DNA from: an uncultured Clostridia bacterium
Lineage (GTDB): Bacteria; Bacillota; Clostridia; Christensenellales; Aristaeellaceae
Reading direction: 5' to 3'
Length of the DNA: 64,000 nucleotides
Assembly: GCA_934636425.1 (NCBI GenBank)
Contig: CAKUAV010000001.1
Location: 6,072 to 70,071 of the forward strand
The notes beneath the pieces are model-generated. The model was not told the origin of the DNA, made no database searches, and worked only from the letters and a program-made list of their open reading frames with translations. Numbering within the stretch: position 1 is the stretch's first letter; each line of letters begins with the position of its first letter. This document shows positions 55,701 to 64,000 of this stretch, in pieces. A program made the position numbers and the translations under genes.

Positions 55701-56593
55701 CAGCTCTTCAGATCCTCCGGCCCGAACGAGCGGGGCAGCAGCTCCTCGAGCGTCGCCGTCTCGAACGCGCCGCCCCTCTTCCCCACGATGACGCGCAGAT
55801 CGCCCGATGCGAACTCGCGCAGCACCTGCCGGCAGATGCCGCACGGCCATGCCGGCTTTTCGTCGCCCGCGATGGCGATGGCGGTAAAGCGGCGCGCGCC
55901 CTCGGAGACGGCCTTCGACACGGCGCACCGCTCGGCGCATATGGTCGCGCCCAGAGACGCGTTTTCGATATTGCAGCCGGTAAACACGCGGCCGTCCTCC
56001 GCCTGAAGGCACGCGCCCACATGGAAATGCGAATAGGGCGCATAGGCCGAATCGAGCATATTGCAGGCCGCCTCGAACAGCGCCTGATCGTCATAGGCCG
56101 CGTCCTCGCGGGTCAGTCCAAGCGTCCGCATGGCTTGTTCCTCCATGGCGCGCATTTTCGCCTTGTCGGAATCGGTCATGTGGTCGTAGCCGCACAGATG
56201 CAGCATGGCGTGCGCCGTGAGATAGCCCAGCTCGCGCGCCAGAGAATGGCCGAACTCCTGCGCCTGAGCGCGCGCCCGGTCGACAGAAATCACAATGTCG
56301 CCCAGAAAGCACAGTCCGCTGTCCGGGTCGTATTCGCGGCGTATGAGATCGGCGCTGTCTCTGGCCGTCTCGCCCGGGCGATAGTTCACGCTGGGGAAGG
56401 ACAGCACGTCGGTCGGCCTGTCCACGCCCCGCTCCCTGCGGTTGATTTCATGGATGGTCTCGTCGTCCACGACGCGCACATACGCCCCGACGTTCTCTAC
56501 GCCCTCCAGCCGGCACACAGCCTCGGCCGCGCGCTCCATGAGATCGGACGCAGAGGCGGGCATATCGCTGATGCAGCATTCAATGTCAAGCAT
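55700..56593 (-). CDS. ybeY: fusion protein: rRNA maturation endoribonuclease YbeY (N-terminal) plus cytidine deaminase (C-terminal)
   Basis: Residues 1-150 carry the YbeY zinc motif HAMLHLCGYDH. Residues ~165-297 carry the Cdd motifs CAERCA and PCGICRQVLREF. This is a single uninterrupted 297-aa ORF. Confidence 0.9.
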   Translation of the reverse strand: MLDIECCISDMPASASDLMERAAEAVCRLEGVENVGAYVRVVDDETIHEINRRERGVDRPTDVLSFPSVNYRPGETARDSADLIRREYDPDSGLCFLGDIVISVDRARAQAQEFGHSLARELGYLTAHAMLHLCGYDHMTDSDKAKMRAMEEQAMRTLGLTREDAAYDDQALFEAACNMLDSAYAPYSHFHVGACLQAEDGRVFTGCNIENASLGATICAERCAVSKAVSEGARRFTAIAIAGDEKPAWPCGICRQVLREFASGDLRVIVGKRGGAFETATLEELLPRSFGPEDLKS

Positions 56594-58733
56594 TCTGCTT
56601 TTCTCCTTCCTGCGCGGAGGCGGCGAGCGCCTTATTGTGCTTCTTGGGCGGAATCACCAGATCGGGATATTCTATGCGCTGGTGGAACACGCCGCCCAGC
56701 ACGGTGACGAACGCCCTCGTGGCGCGCTCGACGTCCTTGAGCGTAATGGGCGCGTCGTTGAGCTGGCCGTCGTCCATCTTGCCGCGGATGAGCTTGCGGA
56801 TGAGCGCCTCCAGCCCCTCGGCGCTGCGATCGGGCGCAGTGCGGGCGGCCGCCTCGATTGTGTCGGCCAGCATGACGATGGCGGCTTCCTTTGTCTGCGG
56901 CTTGGGGCCGGGATAGCGGAAGTCGTCTATGTCCACGTTCTCCGCGCCGTTCTGCTCCACGCAGCGGCCATAGAAGTACATGACCGGCGTATCGCCGTGA
57001 TGCTGGGCGATGATGTCCAGTATCGGCTGGGGCATGCGGTATTTCTCGGCCAGCAGCACGCCGTCGGTCGGGTGCGCGGTCAGTATCGCCGCGCTCACCA
57101 GCGGGTCGGTGCGGTCGTGCGGGTTGTCGCCGATCTGGTTTTCCTTAAAGTAGAGCGGGCGCTTGAGCTTGCCCACATCGTGATAATACGCGCCCACGCG
57201 CGCCAGCAGGCCGTTCGCGCCGATCGCGTCGGCCGCGGCCTCTGCGAGATTGGCCACGATGATCGAATGATGATATGTGCCCGACGCCTCCAGTATCATG
57301 CGCCGTATCAGCGGATGGTTGGGGTTGCTCAGCTCCATGAGCTTGGCCGGCGTGACCAGATTGAATATCCACTCGAGCGCCGGCTGTATGCCTATGCTCA
57401 GCACGCCCGAAAGTATGCCGCCGCCGCCCGACCACGCCGCCCAGACCAGCACGCGCGATGTATCCACCTCGGTGATCAGCCCCAGTGCCAGCGTCGTGAG
57501 CACATTGACCACGCAGGCGAGCAGGCCGGCGAGCAGCATGAACACGCGCTGCGTCTTGCCGTGAATGACGGCCACGCACAGCGAGCCGGAAATGATGCCG
57601 GAAATCATGACGATGATCAGCGAGGAGGAGAGCGAGCCGCTCACGCCCGAGCTGATGATGCCGCACAGCACGGCGAGCACCACGTTCACCACCAGCGCCA
57701 GCCGCGTCCTGAGCAGCGCGGCGGTCAGCATCACGCCGATGGCCACGGGCATCAGGAACTGATTGAGCGCCTGAACGAGCGTGCTGAGGCCGCAGGTTGT
57801 CAGCATGATGACCGCAAGCAGCGCCATGCGCCCCGCGTCCCTGAGCATATCCCTTTCATAAATGGTCATATAGACCACGATCGTGGAGAGCAGCAGCAGC
57901 ACAAGCGCCCCCACGCCCACATACATCAGCACGTCGATCGAATGGTTGCTGGCCAGCATGCCCAGGCTGTCCAGCATGGCGATCTGCGCGCGGGTGATGA
58001 TCTCGCCCGATTTGACGATGTTGCGCCCCTTCAGATAGACGATCGGCTCTACGGAATCGACGGCCTTCTGGCGGTTGGCCGCGGTGGTCTCCTCGTCCAG
58101 CAGCATATTGGCCTGCATCACGGACGAAGCCACGCGCCCGCACAGCTCCACCAGCTCCCCGGAATACGCCTCGCGCCCGGCCAGCTCGCGCTCCAGCTTG
58201 CTGACCGCCTCGTCCTCGCCGCCCTGCGCGATTTTCGTCGTGAGCAGCTCGTCCGCAATGGCGATCACATCGCTCTCGAGCGCGGCGAAATCGTCGTCCG
58301 AAAGGCCGCGGATCAGCGTGACGTCCTCGGCGGTCAGATCGGCGCCCAGCAGCATCTGCCGCGCGCGGGTGAGCGTGGCCGCGTCCACAGCGCCGTCCGC
58401 GCCCAGATCCCAGCCGCGTATCTGATTGAGCGCCTCAAAATTGCCCTTCAGGCTCTCCAGCACAGCCGGCTGAACGCTCTCGTCCAGCGTATAGTTGACC
58501 GGCACGGCCGCGACCGCGTCGTCGATCATCTGCTGCGTGGTCACGGTGTCCACAACGTCCTTGCTGGCCGTCACGGTGATCGGCGACACCTGCCCGGCCA
58601 CCAGATCGTACCTTTCCGGCGTAAACACCGCAAAGAGCATGGCCAGAAGCGACGCATAGGTCGCCAGCCCGATCAGTGCGATCAGGAGCCGGCTGCCCCG
58701 CCTGCGCCGCAGTCCCTGACGTACTTTCATCAT
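56586..58733 (-). CDS. pgpH: 7TM-HD membrane phosphohydrolase (PgpH/YqfF-type cyclic-di-AMP phosphodiesterase family)
   Basis: It has an extracellular N-terminal domain, a 7-TM region and an HD domain (HSIIVANLAE...YYHDVGKLKRP). It sits between phoH and ybeY, as in B. subtilis. Confidence 0.9.
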   Translation of the reverse strand: MMKVRQGLRRRRGSRLLIALIGLATYASLLAMLFAVFTPERYDLVAGQVSPITVTASKDVVDTVTTQQMIDDAVAAVPVNYTLDESVQPAVLESLKGNFEALNQIRGWDLGADGAVDAATLTRARQMLLGADLTAEDVTLIRGLSDDDFAALESDVIAIADELLTTKIAQGGEDEAVSKLERELAGREAYSGELVELCGRVASSVMQANMLLDEETTAANRQKAVDSVEPIVYLKGRNIVKSGEIITRAQIAMLDSLGMLASNHSIDVLMYVGVGALVLLLLSTIVVYMTIYERDMLRDAGRMALLAVIMLTTCGLSTLVQALNQFLMPVAIGVMLTAALLRTRLALVVNVVLAVLCGIISSGVSGSLSSSLIIVMISGIISGSLCVAVIHGKTQRVFMLLAGLLACVVNVLTTLALGLITEVDTSRVLVWAAWSGGGGILSGVLSIGIQPALEWIFNLVTPAKLMELSNPNHPLIRRMILEASGTYHHSIIVANLAEAAADAIGANGLLARVGAYYHDVGKLKRPLYFKENQIGDNPHDRTDPLVSAAILTAHPTDGVLLAEKYRMPQPILDIIAQHHGDTPVMYFYGRCVEQNGAENVDIDDFRYPGPKPQTKEAAIVMLADTIEAAARTAPDRSAEGLEALIRKLIRGKMDDGQLNDAPITLKDVERATRAFVTVLGGVFHQRIEYPDLVIPPKKHNKALAASAQEGEKQNA

Positions 58734-58736
58734 GAT

Positions 58737-59735
58737 TTATCGTCCCTCCCGACGGTATTCACTCTGCTTGTCGTGCTTTTCATAGGCTCTGACGATGGCC
58801 TGCACCAGCTCGTGACGCACGACGTCGCGGTGCGTGAGGCGCACCATGCCGATGTCCTCCACGCCCTTTAAGACCTCCAGTGCCTCGACCAGGCCGCTTC
58901 TCTTGCCCGCGGGCAGATCGATCTGTGTCACGTCGCCTGTGACAATCATCTTGGAGCCCATGCCCATGCGGGTCAGGAACATCTTCATCTGCTCGGATGT
59001 GGTGTTCTGCGCCTCGTCGAGTATTATGAACGCGTCGTTGAGCGTGCGGCCGCGCATATAGGCCAGCGGCGCCACCTCGACCGCACCGCGCTCAAGCAGC
59101 CGCTGATAGGATTCCGCGCCCATCATGTCGTTCAATGCATCGTAGAGCGGACGCAGATAGGGATCGACCTTCTGCTGGAGATCGCCCGGCAGAAAGCCCA
59201 GCTTTTCGCCCGCCTCGACCGCGGGGCGTGTGAGTATGATGCGCTCCACATCCTTGTTCTTGAGCGCCACGACCGCCATGGCGATGGCCAGATAGGTCTT
59301 GCCGGTGCCGGCCGGGCCCACCGCGAACGTGCAGGTGTTGGCCTTGATGGCCTCCACATACTGCTTCTGCCCCAGCGTCTTGCACTTGACCTGACGGCCG
59401 CGGTAGGTGATGGCGATCACGTCGCGCATGATCTCGTCGATGCGGTCGGCGTTGCCCTCGCCCGCCAGCTCCACGGCATAGCGTATGCGCGTTTTGTCGA
59501 TTGTCTCGCCGCGCGCGACGATGCCCACAAGCCGCTCCAGCACGGCGCGCGCCTGACGCACCTTCTCCTCGTCGCCCGAGAGCGTGATCTCATTGCCGTG
59601 CGCGAATATCTCCACGTTCAGCTCGCGCCGGATGGTCTCCACATTCTCATCGCGCACGCCGAAGAGCGCCATGAGCTGATCCACGCCGTCCACCACCATA
59701 ACGTCCCTGTACTGATTGCCAATCTGATTGTCCAC
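58737..59735 (-). CDS. phoH: PhoH family ATPase (YbeZ-like)
   Basis: Walker A is GPAGTGKTYLA. The sequence ILDEAQNTT...MFLTRMG is typical of the PhoH family. Length is 332 aa. Confidence 0.93.
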   Translation of the reverse strand: MDNQIGNQYRDVMVVDGVDQLMALFGVRDENVETIRRELNVEIFAHGNEITLSGDEEKVRQARAVLERLVGIVARGETIDKTRIRYAVELAGEGNADRIDEIMRDVIAITYRGRQVKCKTLGQKQYVEAIKANTCTFAVGPAGTGKTYLAIAMAVVALKNKDVERIILTRPAVEAGEKLGFLPGDLQQKVDPYLRPLYDALNDMMGAESYQRLLERGAVEVAPLAYMRGRTLNDAFIILDEAQNTTSEQMKMFLTRMGMGSKMIVTGDVTQIDLPAGKRSGLVEALEVLKGVEDIGMVRLTHRDVVRHELVQAIVRAYEKHDKQSEYRREGR

Positions 59736-59777
59736 TCTCTTTGTTCCTTCCCGCGCCGGCTGCCCGGACGCCTGCGT

Positions 59778-61001
59778 TCATTTATATTCGCGGCATGAAA
59801 CGCGCCGCTCCTCTGTATCGTCTGAAAAAGCGTTTCCCAGCCCGCGCCGCAGCGCCTGCGCGTCCGCGGCGATGTTCATTTCGGCCTCCACGACGGCCTC
59901 AGCGCGCATTTCGCCGTCCGCCGCCGTGACGTTCGTCCAAAACGAGCGCTCCCGCGCGCCCTCGGGCAGGAGACGCCTCGCGCCGGCGAGCGCCGCCTCG
60001 GCCAGCGTTTTCTCGAGCGCCGCTCTGTCAACCTCGACGCGCCGGCTTTCCGTCTCATAACAGATATGCCGCTCGATCATCAGCGGCAGATACAGCCCGC
60101 CCACCGGCAGAAGCTGCGTCTCCTCCTCCTGAGAGGGAAAGTCCGCCGCGCGCTTCAAATCCAGCGTCCACGAAAACAGCCTGAGCGCCGATCGGCTCTC
60201 CACGCGCCCCGTGCGCCTGACGACCGTCTCCGCCAGCGGCGCGCTCTTCGCGTTTGTCAGCCATACGCGGCCGATCACAGCGCCCGCCGCCCGTATGCGC
60301 CGCGTCTGTTCGATCGACACGCGCTCCTCGCCGCGGATGAGCGTCTGCCCGGCGCGCACCGTGTCGCCCGGTTTAACGCAGGCCTGCCCCGCCAGCGGCT
60401 CGACGGACAGTACCACGGCGTCGCGCAGCGCGTAGAGACTGCGCGCGTCCGAAGCGTCGTACACATCGGGCGCCTCGTGCGCCAGCCGGTATTCGACCGT
60501 CAGCGTCACGCCGCGCTTTTTTACGCCCGCATAGGAGAGAACATCAAATCGGCTGAGCAGCGCGTTCGAGATGAAAACCGCGTCTATGTCGCCGCTTTTC
60601 GCCGAGACGTACGCGCCCAGCTCGTTCACCGTCTCGAGAATGCGCGCCTCCTCGTCCGGCGGCAGGCGCGCGCCCAGCGGCCGCACGTCGATCAGCCACA
60701 CCCGCGCCGTAAGGAGATACACGCACACTGCGGCCAGAACCGCCGACACGGCCAGCGTCCAGCGCGCGCGGATTTTTGCCAGCGCCGAGCGCCAGCCCGA
60801 GCGCGAGAGAATTTCGGCGCTCAGTCCGTATTGCTCCGCCAGCGCGCAGACCAGCCTTGCGCCCTCTGTAGACGTTTCAAGGCGCAGGCAGCGCGCGTCC
60901 TGCCGCTCAATGTGCCCAAACGCCGCGCCCTGCGCCCGGGCGCGCTCGATCAGCCGCTCGGTCATGCGGCCCGTCAGGCGCAGGCGCACGCGGTCAGCCA
61001 T
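59778..61001 (-). CDS. yqfD: sporulation protein YqfD
   Basis: Length is about 407 aa, with a single TM (WTLAVSAVLAAVCVYLLTARVWLIDV) after an N-terminal domain. It follows yqfC and precedes phoH. The ATG at 61001 overlaps the yqfC stop. Confidence 0.8.
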   Translation of the reverse strand: MADRVRLRLTGRMTERLIERARAQGAAFGHIERQDARCLRLETSTEGARLVCALAEQYGLSAEILSRSGWRSALAKIRARWTLAVSAVLAAVCVYLLTARVWLIDVRPLGARLPPDEEARILETVNELGAYVSAKSGDIDAVFISNALLSRFDVLSYAGVKKRGVTLTVEYRLAHEAPDVYDASDARSLYALRDAVVLSVEPLAGQACVKPGDTVRAGQTLIRGEERVSIEQTRRIRAAGAVIGRVWLTNAKSAPLAETVVRRTGRVESRSALRLFSWTLDLKRAADFPSQEEETQLLPVGGLYLPLMIERHICYETESRRVEVDRAALEKTLAEAALAGARRLLPEGARERSFWTNVTAADGEMRAEAVVEAEMNIAADAQALRRGLGNAFSDDTEERRVSCREYK

Positions 61002-61272
61002 GCGCGCGCCCTCCCGGCAGCTCAATCGCGGTGATTTCGCCCACAATGCGCAGGGAATCCCGCCGCACGTCGGCGAGCGCCAGCTGCGCCCCAAAAACTG
61101 AGATCAGGCCGTCCTTCACGGCCAGACGGATGCGCGAATCGCTCACTTCGGCGATCGCGCGGCAGTTTTCGGCCAGAATTTCGCGATTGCCCAGCATGGT
61201 CAGCCGCGCCAGGCCGCTCAGCGCGTCCTCGGGCAGCGACAGCGCCGCCAGCGCGGGCCGCTTTCCGCTCAT
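60994..61272 (-). CDS. yqfC: sporulation protein YqfC
   Basis: The 92-aa protein matches the YabP/YqfC fold pattern (LTMLGNREILAENCRAIAEVSDSRIRL...ISVFGAQL...GEITAIEL). RBS GGAG is present before the ATG at 61272. Confidence 0.8.
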   Translation of the reverse strand: MSGKRPALAALSLPEDALSGLARLTMLGNREILAENCRAIAEVSDSRIRLAVKDGLISVFGAQLALADVRRDSLRIVGEITAIELPGGRAHG

Positions 61273-61417
61273 CGGCTCCACCCCTTCTCCAATCCACTTC
61301 AGAGCAAGGATATGAGACGCCGCCGCGCGATTATTCTGCGAAAAGTCCCCCATGCGTATATTATCCCAGTTTTTGCTACATTATACTATATACAGTCCCC
61401 GCCGCGCAAGTGCGAAA

Positions 61418-61464
61418 TGAAAAAACCGGCGCGCAGTCTCTCGCAAAAAAGCCGCGCGCCGGTC
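61418..61464 (-). terminator. Rho-independent terminator downstream of the fucosidase gene
   Basis: Perfect 10-bp stem ACCGGCGCGC / GCGCGCCGGT, followed on the minus strand by TTTTTTC. Confidence 0.75.
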
Positions 61465-61589
61465 AAAATATGTGCCGAAAGAGGAAAAACTCATAAAAAT
61501 CCGAACGCCGCCAAAACAGCCGCGGGCTTTCAAGACGCGGGCGCGCAGGTCGGCCCTGCAGCCCCGCTCAAAGGATGAATGCCGCAGTT

Positions 61590-63299
61590 TCAGCGCCTGA
61601 TCAGCCTCATGGACGCGAAGCGGAACATATCCCGCGCCGCCATCTCGGCCAGACGCAGCGAAATGTGATTCTCGCCCGCCTTCAGCGCGACGCTGCCCAG
61701 CTCGGCGATCATGCCCCGGTGATAGCGTGCGATGAGCGCCTCAATGTCGCGGTCGTGCCGCACGCGCCGCCGGCTCGTCTCGCCGTTCACGGTGAGATCG
61801 ACCTCCGTCTCGAGCGGCTCTGTGCCGTGCAGGCCGTTGACGGTCATCTCCACGGCGTATTCGCCCGCCTTATCGGCGCTGATCGTCCAGCTCATGCCGT
61901 CCTCGGGCGATTTCCAGCCAATCGCGTCGCAGGCGTTGCCCAGCGTGATCGCGCCCTCGATGTCCGCGGTGGAGCCGGTCAGCAGGAAGCCGAAGCCCGG
62001 CAGCTCGATCAGCCCCTCGTCCACCTTCACGCCGCCCTGCGCCGTCAGCTTGACCACGGGGATGATCTTTCCGGTGAGGTCGGGCAGCTCGACGCGCACC
62101 AGCGCGCCCTCCTGCGTGAATGCCGCCCGTCCCACGCCCAGCACCTCGGCGGATTCGACCCTCGTCAGCACGCCGGGAACGAGCAGCTCGCGCCCGGGCT
62201 CATTGACGAAGAAGTACAGGCTGTCGCCCTTCTCGGTCACGGGGCCGGAGACGAGATCGACGCTGTAGGGCGAGGGCTCGGTGGCATAGACCGCTTCAGC
62301 GTTGACCTTCATCCATTCGCCCACCGCGCGCAGCACCCTCTGCGCCCCCACGGGGATGCGTCCCAGATGGTCGGGGCCGATATTGAGCAGATAGTTGACG
62401 TTGCGCGAGGCCAGACGGGTGAGCAGCGATATGACCTCTTCGGGCGTCTTCCAGTTCTGATCGTAGCTCTTGTAGCCCCATGTGTCGTTGAGCGTGGCGG
62501 CGGTCTCATAGAGCATATCGCGGTTTTTCTTCGCGCCCGGCACCTGATTGTCGCCCATGGAGGCGTAATCGCCCATGCCGTTGCCGATGCGGCTGTTGAC
62601 CAGGCAGTTCGGCTGATACGTCTTGACCAGATCGTACAATTCGCGGCTCTGCTCGGGCGATATGACGCTGGGCGTGTCGAACCAGATCACGCTGATTTCG
62701 CCGTATTTCGTCAGGATCTCCTTCACCTGCGGCTTGATCTTCTTTTCAAAGCAGCGGGAGAAATCCTTGTGCGCGTTGTCCGGAAAATCCCAGTTGTTCG
62801 TCCAGCTGGAGCCGGCGTTTTTATAGCCGCTCGTGTAGCCGCCGCCGTCCTTCTCGTGCCAGTCCAGCTCCTGAGAATAGTAGAGCCCGAATTTCAGGCC
62901 GTACTTTTTGCAGGCCGCGGCCAGCTCGGCGATGGGATCGCGCCCAAAGGGGGTCGCGTCCACGATGTTGTAGGGATCCACGTCGCTCTTGAACATCGCA
63001 AATCCCTCGTGATGCTTGCTGGTGATGACCAGATAGTTCATGCCCGCGTCCCGGGCCATCTTCACATACTCTTCCGCGTCGAAGCCTATGGGGTTGAACG
63101 CCCTGGCATACTGCTCGTATTCGGCGCAGGGTATGGCGAAGAAGCTCTGTATCCACTCGCCCAGCTCGTTGCTCCCGCCGTCGTCCGCGCCGCCGCACTG
63201 ACGGCCCTTGTACTCGCCGCCCAGCAGGGAATAAAGCCCCCAGTGCAGCATCATGCCGAACCGCGCCTCGGAAAACCACCTGTTGTCGCTCACAGTCAT
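61590..63299 (-). CDS. alpha-L-fucosidase (GH29) with C-terminal beta-sandwich domains
   Basis: RBS GGGAGGA is present before the ATG at 63299. The N-terminus is WFSEARFGMMLHWGLYSLLGGEY. Motifs YLVITSKHHEGFAMF and IWFD are typical of GH29. Confidence 0.9.
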   Translation of the reverse strand: MTVSDNRWFSEARFGMMLHWGLYSLLGGEYKGRQCGGADDGGSNELGEWIQSFFAIPCAEYEQYARAFNPIGFDAEEYVKMARDAGMNYLVITSKHHEGFAMFKSDVDPYNIVDATPFGRDPIAELAAACKKYGLKFGLYYSQELDWHEKDGGGYTSGYKNAGSSWTNNWDFPDNAHKDFSRCFEKKIKPQVKEILTKYGEISVIWFDTPSVISPEQSRELYDLVKTYQPNCLVNSRIGNGMGDYASMGDNQVPGAKKNRDMLYETAATLNDTWGYKSYDQNWKTPEEVISLLTRLASRNVNYLLNIGPDHLGRIPVGAQRVLRAVGEWMKVNAEAVYATEPSPYSVDLVSGPVTEKGDSLYFFVNEPGRELLVPGVLTRVESAEVLGVGRAAFTQEGALVRVELPDLTGKIIPVVKLTAQGGVKVDEGLIELPGFGFLLTGSTADIEGAITLGNACDAIGWKSPEDGMSWTISADKAGEYAVEMTVNGLHGTEPLETEVDLTVNGETSRRRVRHDRDIEALIARYHRGMIAELGSVALKAGENHISLRLAEMAARDMFRFASMRLIRR

Positions 63300-63450
63300 A
63301 TCCTCCCGCATTCGCGCAAAATATCCTGCGCTCATTATAGCGGCGCGCGTCCGGGCGCGTCAATGTGTTTTTCGGGATTGTTTTTGTATTTTTCAGCGCC
63401 CGGGAAACGCGCCCTGTCAGTTCAATCCCCTCTGGCGCATAAAGAATGAC

Positions 63451-63488
63451 CTGACCGGCTCCGACAGGCGAATGCCGCGGCCGGTCAG
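63451..63488 (-). terminator. possible terminator after the MATE transporter gene
   Basis: 9-bp stem CTGACCGGC / GCCGGTCAG with a 20-nt loop. A weak T-rich tail (GTCATTCTTTATG) follows on the minus strand. Confidence 0.45.
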
Positions 63489-63528
63489 ATCATATCGTAT
63501 ACGGGCGTTTCCCGCTCTGCGCGCCGCC

Positions 63529-64000
63529 CTACCGGGTCAGTTTTCTTATCCAGTGATAGCTGTTGACCTCGAAGGCCGCGACGATGCACTTGACCAGCTG
63601 ATCGCTCTTGAGGAAGAAGAACACCCAGACCGGCGAGAGCTTCCAGACGAAGGCCGAGAGCAGCGAGAGCGTGATCACCATGCCCCACTGGAAAATCAGG
63701 TCGTTGTAGAACACAAAGCTCGTCCGGCCGCCGCCGCGCACAATGCCGGTCAGGCAGGGCGCCTGATAGGCCGAGCCGACCGCCGTGATCGACAGAACCA
63801 CCATGAACGACCGCGCCAGCGCGCGCGTCCCGTCGGCCACCTTGTAAACGCTGATGATGCCGTCCTTGAGGAAGAATATGGTCGCGCCGGTCAACAGGCC
63901 GATCAGCAAAAACAGCACCTGCAGCGTGCGCACATACTCGCGCAGCTTGCTCTGATCGCCCGAGCCGACCAGCTTGCCCACGAACACCGCCGCCGCGCTG
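63529..64000 (-). CDS. MATE family efflux transporter, C-terminal part (5' end outside window)
   Basis: The hydrophobic multi-TM sequence (...AVGSAYQAPCLTGIVRGGGRTSFVFYNDLIFQWGMVI...) is typical of the C-terminal lobe of MATE/NorM proteins. The frame stays open to the window edge. Confidence 0.8.
   Translation of the reverse strand, partial: SAAAVFVGKLVGSGDQSKLREYVRTLQVLFLLIGLLTGATIFFLKDGIISVYKVADGTRALARSFMVVLSITAVGSAYQAPCLTGIVRGGGRTSFVFYNDLIFQWGMVITLSLLSAFVWKLSPVWVFFFLKSDQLVKCIVAAFEVNSYHWIRKLTR

Noticed and set aside
61340-61400. Sigma-E-type or TATAAT promoter upstream of yqfC (AT-rich GTATATAGTATAATGTAGC...GATAATATACGCAT on the minus strand).
   Set aside because: The hexamers and spacing did not fit either the sigma-A or the sigma-E consensus convincingly. 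I note the AT-rich patch but do not call a feature.

Overview
GC-rich (over 60% by eye) chromosomal segment. It looks like a spore-forming Firmicute of the Clostridia type, because the yqfC-yqfD-phoH-pgpH-ybeY/cdd-era-recO block (53.6-61.3 kb, minus strand) follows the Bacillus subtilis yqf gene order. I call 43 CDS (two cut by the window edges).

Gene content:
- Housekeeping: dnaE, gyrB-gyrA, uvrC, cca, era, recO.
- One tightly coupled minus-strand super-operon: FHA protein, RodA/FtsW, class B PBP, MoxR ATPase, DUF58, DUF4129, UvrC, PepV.
- Scattered glycan-use genes: two ABC solute-binding proteins plus a permease fragment, a GH38-like enzyme, GH29 fucosidase, a GH99/WbsX-like protein, a heparinase II/III-like protein, uxaC and three SGNH hydrolases.
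- I found no rRNA, tRNA, CRISPR array, transposase, integrase, phage gene or known defence gene.

Most unusual features:
1. A dispersed ~200-bp intergenic element family with 4 clear copies and 2 weak ones. Two copies are each bracketed by a perfect, locus-specific direct duplication of a terminator-type hairpin (43 bp at 7.4/7.7 kb; 20 bp at 47.06/47.28 kb). This suggests a hairpin-targeting, non-autonomous mobile element or an sRNA cassette.
2. Two tandem-repeat arrays, with units of about 86 bp and 55 bp.
3. A non-canonical Hsp70/actin-fold ATPase that lacks a substrate-binding domain, paired with a membrane/coiled-coil protein.
4. A YbeY-cytidine deaminase fusion.

All functional calls rest on motifs read by eye from the supplied translations. 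No database search was run.
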